Source: Klebsormidium nitens
Lineage: Eukaryota; Plantae; Klebsormidiophyceae
Assembly (NCBI GenBank): GCA_000708835.1
Contig: DF236993.1
Span: 124,001 to 188,000 of the forward strand
Length of the DNA stretch: 64,000 nt
Reading direction: 5' to 3'
Shown: positions 59,732-64,000 of the stretch, one piece after another
How the letters are laid out: each line of letters begins with the position of its first letter
Numbering within the stretch: the stretch's first letter is position 1
Program-made: the position numbers and the translations under genes
The notes under the pieces: generated by a model
The model's input: only the letters and a program-made list of their open reading frames with translations
The model's database searches: none
Told to the model about the DNA's origin: nothing

Positions 59732-61832
59732 GTCTCAAGTTTTTATGTGCTCTGCACGACTAATGCAGCATGTTGCTCTAGATTTGGAGGAGCAAAATCT
59801 ACACCAATTAGCCTGTGCCTTAAATATTCTTGATCAGAAGACAACCATGACATTGACAACATTTGACATTGACAAGGGCAAGGGAAAGAAATGGCCAAAC
59901 AAAGTCAGCTGATGGCAGCCCTCGCGAGCTGCAACTAGGAGCGCGAGCCAAACTTTTGGAACAACCGGCACTGGCTGACGTCGGAGTCATCCCCCGGGCG
60001 GCGCGGCGCGGCGGCTTTCAATCATTGAATGGCGCCCGGCCCACTGCCATACTTCACATCCGTCCGATGCGCAACGAACGGCTCACATCGTCGGGCTTTA
60101 CAACCGGGTTAAGTGTGTGACTTACGACAATTACCAGCGGCCTAACGTGAGCCTAACCGCAGGTTAGGCCCGGTGCAGCAAAAGAGTCATGATTCTTGCT
60201 CACAGGCGCAGGAGTTGAACTGAGTGCCCCTGCAATTGCACGATTGCAGCAACCAAGATTTTCTTAATACAGGCCGCCCGAGTTCCCTTCAATATTATCG
60301 AAGAAATTCCCCACCATGTTCAAAGCGGTGGTGGGTACGCATACAAAGCGGCCCTTAGGCCTAAGCACACGATGCACTATAACAATGATTGTACGCAGTG
60401 CTGATGACATTGAGTTTGATATCGACGTACACTTGTTACGCCTATAAAGCGGAGTCAGTCGGAATAGAGGAGTCGATTCTACGCTTTGGAAACTTACAAC
60501 GAACTCTTGAACCATTTAGGTTGTGGGGCGAGCGTGGTGCAAAGTACAAACACAAAATCTTACGCCGTATAGCTATGCAGAAATGCAGCTGCTCTTGCGA
60601 GGCTTCCATGGCATACAATGTTTCAGTTAACTGAATTCGCCTAGCTATACCCTACCAAATCTGGTTTTCCTACGTTAGTCCAACGCTAAAAAACCTACCG
60701 TTGCAACAACCTATATATCCAGGATCGATTTGCAAAACTGCGTCATGCTGTGTCCAGAGTACGGCCTAGAAGATTGTTGGGACGAGGATTGCACTAACTA
60801 GCGGGCCTATGATCGACATCTGTCAACAAACGCTGACTTCCAACGACACAGGTTCTGGTTGCAAGAAATTTGCCGATCAGATCGATCGGAGCAGCGGCCT
60901 AAGCATATTAAATCGTAGGCCAGTAAAATTCTGCGCATTTGTCGCTTGAGGGCGCGCACGCCAGGTCGAAAGATGGACTGATCGAAAAGGGGCTTAACTA
61001 TTGGCAAAGGGCCTAGATTGGGGGGGGAACTCCAGCGCGGGTCGGCTGGCGGTCTTTCAATATGAGGAACTGCCGTGCATGATTGGTAACTGTGAGTTTG
61101 GCAGGTCACCTTCATGCAGACCCATTGATGGTCTGAAATTGCCGTTTGAAGCGGTTGCTTGTACAGTGGGAACGTGGGCTACGTGCGTATGAACAAAGAC
61201 CGAGATTTTGCAAACTGTTCCCAAAGACGTCGTCAACGTGACAACATCGAAGTGTAATTTCAAACTCGTCTGATGACAGTCACTGTGCGTGCGCGGCGGC
61301 TCCTATGGTAACCTGATTAACAACCAGTTTCTGTGGACTATCTATGTCAAGATTCGCGTTTAGGGAGGTACTCAGAACCCAAACCACACCTCCATTTCTT
61401 CTATCTCAACGAGCCAGTACACATGATATATATATGAGCTGTAACTATTGGTGCGCAATCTGATCAACCCGTAGCAGCGAGCAATTCGTCCCCATGGCTT
61501 TCCTATTACTGTTTACATCCATGTCTGACTACTAAAGCATCAACGGTCCGAAAGGAACCAAAAGTGTTTTCTGTAACTTCAACCCGTTCCAGGTTGCACG
61601 TACCTTCTCTGTCAGCCCCTTCTTCCTTTGTCCTCCCCCTTTTTTTGTCGCCCTCACTCCAAATACCCTAATACCCTGCTGCGGGGCAACATTTCGAAGC
61701 CAAACTTGCCGGTCTCGTCCCCACTTCAAGAAGGAACCGTCTCTTGCCAACGATGAACCTACTGTCAAACTTCCCATTCTCTGTCTTCGCGCTTCAGCTC
61801 TTCGCCAATAAAAACACGCGTCAAGCCACAAG

Positions 61833-63729
61833 TTACTGGATGTATCTCTGCATGCCCTTGACCGCCCCACCTCGGATAACAGCCTCGTATACAAAAGTCG
61901 CCAGGATGGCCCCAGTCAGAGGCCCCACCCAGAAGATCCACTGCGAGGGACAGACAACAGTGTCAAAGCAAAAGCAAACACTTTTTGAAACCTACGGCTG
62001 ATGTTGTGAGCAACAACATGAAAACGGTCTCGCACAGTAGCCAGACCGCGTTCAGCAATCCAGATACCTCAAGCGAAATATGTTCGGAACGTATCTTGGA
62101 CAATTGAAGCAGTCGTTTTCCGGAAGAATGCACTGATTAGGTATCCTCCGCAATCTAGAAAGCGCGGCAGCGCATCAGGCAGAAACTCATGGCAAGAGCC
62201 CGACGGCCCAATGCTGGGTCTGCTCGAAGGTAAAGTGACCGACTGCAACTAAATTCTCGCTATGTCATTCCAGATGTGACTGTCGTGGAGCACCACTGCA
62301 GGGCCCACGTTTCGTGCGGGCTTGACCAAAGTTTCTCACCGCCCTGAATCTTCAAATGTCTTGCCTTTGAGGCACGATGAATGACAAACTCGAGGTCGGG
62401 CTCACGACGTCGTCAGTGTCCAGAAAGGTGACGTCATGCGGGCTCACCATGTCCTTCCAAATGTGGCTGTCGTTGAGCACGACCGCCGGCCCGAAGCTGC
62501 GCGCGGGGTTGATCGAGACGCCGTCTACGGGGATGAGCGCAATGTGCACCACGAAGATGGAGAAGCCGATTGCCAGGGGCGCGAGGACCTGCCACGTGGC
62601 ATCAAAGTATCAATACCTGGTCTTACAGTATGTTCAGAAGTGCGCGCGTGCTGGGATTTTGAGTAGACGTCTTCTACGGGGATGAGGGCAATGTGCACTG
62701 CGAAAATGGGGAAGCCGATTGCCAGGGGCGCGAGGACCTGCCACGTGACAGCAAGAGAATAATCAGGGGCAAACAATTGTTTATTTCAGAGCGCGCGCGT
62801 GGCACGTGATTTGACGCCGTCGACAGGGATGAGCGCAGTGGGTTCCACGAAGATCGAGAAGCCGATTGCCAGGGGCGCCAGGACCTGCCATGTGGCAGAA
62901 AAAGACCGTCCAATCAGTAGTGACTGATGCTTCCGAGCTGCGCGCGTCGATGTGAGGGTTAAAATGTGAGGGTTAGCCGCCACCAAATGTGCGGTTCGCA
63001 ACAGAAAGATGGAGAAGATGTTTGCCAGAGGCGCGAGCAAACGCCACGCGGGCCCTAGGGGCAGCGGCCCAATCATGCGTCGCTCGTCTGTTAATCCGCC
63101 TAGTAGGGGCTTCACAGTAACTGTTTCGTTTCTCTGAGAGCGACATATGTGTCTATTGGTTCAAACCGTTGCATGAGAGCTTCTTTAGCCGGGTTTAAGG
63201 TCACGAGACGCGTGATAAGGATACAACCGCAATGAGGGCAAATCTCTTACGGAGAACCACCCGGAATCGGTTTCGTGCTCGGCCCTAAGCCTGAGACCCA
63301 AATAAGAAAGACCGTAACTTGGATACGCACCGGAGCTGAGGGTAATACATAAATTTAAAACTACGAAGCCGTCTTATCAGCGCAAGGGGCAGCACGGAAA
63401 GAGAACAGATCGGTGGGGCCGCCGGGTAGAAAGTTTGGAGCTTGCTTCCGATTCCTCAATTCGTTCTGGTCGACAAGTCGTATTTGGGAGCAGACACCAG
63501 GACACAGAATGAAGATGGGACCCGCATAACTGACGAGAGTTTTCCCGCAACCCCTGAGTGGACTAAAACTGCCGCCGCTTGCGATTAGCCTAGCAATTGA
63601 CGAAGTCGTCGTTCTCGCTTACCCCTAAATGAGGCGACACCTCGAGGGCGGATCGCTTGGGGTCGGTCGCCGCGAAGATGGTGTAGATGAGCACGAAAGT
63701 CCCGATGACCTCCGCCGAGAAGGCACCAC
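61833..63729 (-). CDS. PIP: PIP-like aquaporin, 3' exons only (5' part lies beyond the window end)
   Basis: Exons 63729-63641 ([29 protein letters not shown]), 62588-62448 ([42 protein letters not shown]) and 61940-61833 ([23 protein letters not shown]..stop). Contains the second NPA box and PIP-diagnostic AEIIGTF/ATD.KR and WIFWVGP motifs. Confidence 0.92.
62255..62340 (-). repeat. Decayed duplicate of the aquaporin NPA2-exon tail
   Basis: Reads [22 protein letters not shown] versus [22 protein letters not shown]; donor lost (atag|cgag). Confidence 0.8.
62540..63060 (-). repeat. Four tandem copies (period about 147-165 bp) of the aquaporin NPA2-exon acceptor plus head
   Basis: tggcag|gtcct(c/g)gcgcccctggcaatcggcttc begins at 62588 (true exon), 62737 and 62884; the fourth copy at about 63045 has a mutated acceptor. 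Confidence 0.92.
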
Positions 63730-64000
63730 CTACGAAGCAAAGGTTGAAACTCTCAGGCGGCGGCAATTTTGATCCTGGGAACCGTCTCTCGCTTACCCAA
63801 CTATATGTCTTGCCGGAATAGAGAATATTTCCTCGATTGCCCCGCACTTGCCTCGATCGCTTTAGAAGACTTCACGTTCCGCAAGTTCCAATACCTTTTC
63901 AATTTCATAAGGTAGAGACTCGTTACAGGTCACTTGCTTCAGCCAAGCGTCACAGCTCAACTTGGTAAACCAAATGGATCATTGCGCCGGAATCTACGAG

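Overview
This is eukaryotic nuclear DNA with GC3-rich exons and many spliceosomal introns. Gene content (PIP aquaporin, plant-type CNGC, LRB/POB1-type BTB, ADA2, MATE) and intron style suggest a streptophyte alga such as Klebsormidium (inference). I built exon models by hand and checked splice sites and reading phase for: a MATE transporter (+, carrying an apparent 1-nt frameshift), a cyclic-nucleotide-gated channel (-), two tandem BTB-BACK paralogues (+), a THUMP-domain tRNA methyltransferase (-), a DUF3431 protein (-), an orphan thylakoid-targeted protein (-), ADA2 (-) and the 3' half of a PIP-like aquaporin (-). There is also a probable tandem-DUF2283 ORF and a partial unknown + strand gene. 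The main unexplained pattern is that four unrelated genes (MATE, CNGC, ADA2, PIP) carry stacks of about 90-215 bp tandem duplications that straddle a splice junction. Acceptor plus exon-head copies pile up upstream of the exon, exon-tail plus donor copies pile up downstream, and they generally decay with distance from the live exon. In the CNGC, three such copies are intact, in frame and stop-free, so 3' splice-site choice could give a channel with 1, 2 or 3 IQ-like calmodulin-binding motifs. I noticed no tRNA, rRNA, CRISPR array or identifiable intact transposon. Coordinates were counted by hand and may be off by a few nt.
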